This document shows positions 62,183 through 64,000 of a stretch of 64,000 bases of DNA, piece by piece. The position numbers and the translations under genes are program-made. Location of the stretch: NCBI GenBank assembly GCA_000388065.2, contig KB932203.1. One strand, given 5' to 3'. The DNA is from Fonticula alba ATCC 38817. Lineage: Eukaryota; Protista; Nucleariida. The notes under the pieces were generated by a model. That model worked only from the letters and a program-made list of their open reading frames with translations, was not told the origin of the DNA and did not search any database. Numbering within the stretch: the first letter of the stretch is position 1; every line of letters starts with the position of its first letter.

Positions 62183-62573
62183 ATGCCACTCGACAGTCAG
62201 TCGGCCGAGGCCGGCTTTCTGGACCTCGCCCCGCAGGAGGGCCCGACCATGGAGGCGCTCCTGCCGGCACTCTTTCCGCCGCCGGCCGGGGCTCCCCTCC
62301 CGGGTGGTCTGGAACCCGGGGTGGAGCTCCACCGCCGACCGGTTTGCCAATTGGAGATCGCCTCGCTTCCTGGTGGTGACTTTGGCGGCACGCCGGAGAG
62401 CCGCACCGCCGATGGGCCGGATGCGGAGGATCAATCTCTCGTGGCCCGGCTGCTGGCCAGCATTTCGGCGGCCTTCCCCTGTGCGTTCGATGCCGGTTCA
62501 TGCGGTGGGCTTTGGCGTGGTCGTGCTCTCTTCCCTTCTTCCTCTCCCTTTTCTCCCCCTCCCCCAGCTTGGG

Positions 62574-62604
<31 letters not shown>

Positions 62605-64000
62605 CGTGTGTCTGGCCGCAACACTGCCCTGACTCGAGTTCGATCACCCAGGGGCGCCTGATGCCTCGCCCCCGGAAACCGGACCTCCGCACCCCATTCT
62701 CCCGGCCAGTCTGATCAGCCGCCTTAGCCCGGCCATGCCTCTGCGCATGGATGCCGCCCCGGTGGCCCTCCCTGGGACCGATTGCGCGAGTTTCCTCCCC
62801 CCGGCGGCGGCTCACCTGCTGCTGACCTATCCCACTGTGCCGCGCCCGGGCCCCGACCAGGCAGCCCCGGTGCAGGCCCAGGTTTTGGTCCTCCCCACCA
62901 GTGAGGCCATTTTCCAGGCCACCCTGCCTGAGGAGATGTTCGGCCTGGCCCCAGCCGGTCCGGGCCAGCCCGGCCTGCCGGATCCCCTCCGGCGGCTGGC
63001 ATTGGTCCGGGCAAGCCCCAGACCAACAGGCCAATCCCTGGGTCTGGCCACACACAACGGCTCGGCGGCCTTCTTCGCACTGCACCAGCCGGCGCATTTC
63101 CTCGGCGCGGTGCTCAATGACTTCACCGCGCAGCCCGGCTGCGGGGACATCGTTGATGCGGTGATCGTCGATCGGTGCGCCCCCGCCTTGGCCATTTACG
63201 GCTGGCAGCATGCCCACGTCCCTGTCTCATGTGTCTGGTTGTTGACTTTGCCCATCCCCGCCGTGCAGCCCGAATGCCCCGGCCCCCCGGCCAACACACG
63301 AGGTGTTCCTTGCCCGTGCTGGCGGCTTCGTGGATCAGATTCTGGTGTGTGTCGGCTCGCGAATGCCACCGGCCGGCCGCGAGGCGACATGGCCCGGGCT
63401 GGCCGGTCCTCCGGGGCCGGTGCAAGTGTCTCGCTGCTGGGATCTGCGCTCGATTGCCGCCGACCTGCCGGGCCCCTCTCCCCGGGGCTTTTCCTTTATC
63501 GTATGTCTCGGCCTTGGGTGGGAAGAAGACGCAAAAAAAAGGGGCGGGGGGGGGGGGGGGGGGGGGGAGCATCAGCCGGGGGAGACCCATGCCCAAGTGC
63601 CTTCATTCCATGCTAACCGTGGCGCGTCCGTCATGCCAGTCGGCCATCGATGCCACCCCGGGCGGGCTGCTTGCCGTGGCTGGCTCCGACCTCGGTGGCC
63701 GTGCACTTGTCTGCGCCTTCCGCATGAGCTCGGCCTCGGGGGACTTGGAGCTCCTGGGCTTTGCCGGCGCCGCGGACTTCCCCACCCGGCTGGAAACCCT
63801 CCCACAGGCCGCCAAGCCAGCTGCCGCCCGGGCAGCGGGCCTTTCCCGGTCCGCCGGTGAAGGTGGCGTCCTGTGGCGCGTGCCGGCGATGGATTTGCGG
63901 CCGGATGCCAAGCGCGCGCGCGAACTGGATCGCCTCGTGGCCATTCGCCGGGACCTCCCCCTGCCAATGGGTGCCCTTGTCTCGGCGGCCGGGCGCAAGC
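62183..64000 (+). CDS. Hypothetical protein, multi-exon, runs off the window end
   Basis: gcgccATG MPLDSQSAEAG...SISAAFP|GTGCGT; next exon to DIVDAVIVDR|GTGCGC; a further exon GGVLWRVPAMDLRPDAKRARELDRLVAIRR is open at 64000. Confidence 0.6.

Overview
GC-rich, intron-rich eukaryotic genomic DNA, not prokaryotic. It shows GT-AG introns with CTRAC branch points, poly-C and (CT)n tracts, CAG polyQ tracts and N-gaps. The style and opisthokont-type genes suggest a unicellular opisthokont such as Fonticula (inference only). About 16 protein-coding genes can be assembled across introns. Recognisable genes are a Nup214-type coiled-coil/FG nucleoporin, METTL18/HPM1, TFIIH p34 (TFB4), an ABCB6/HMT1 half-transporter, ORC3, QCR7, MCCC1, TIM8, a giant Nup214/Nup159 beta-propeller protein, a compact biotin-protein ligase and folliculin. 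A GPI-anchored Cys-rich surface protein and several orphans are also present. I saw no rRNA, tRNA, CRISPR array or intact transposon. Most of the supplied short ORFs are GC/low-complexity artefacts, and many use non-ATG starts. The main observation is that Nup214/Nup159 appears divided between two divergent genes about 24 kb apart. One (126-~4027, minus) has the coiled coil, an (AAAEK)~25 rod and the FG tail, but no room for a propeller. The other (28019-40195, plus) has the propeller, a ~2800-aa FG-free acidic spacer and a related coiled coil. All homology calls come from motif recognition by eye, not from database searches.
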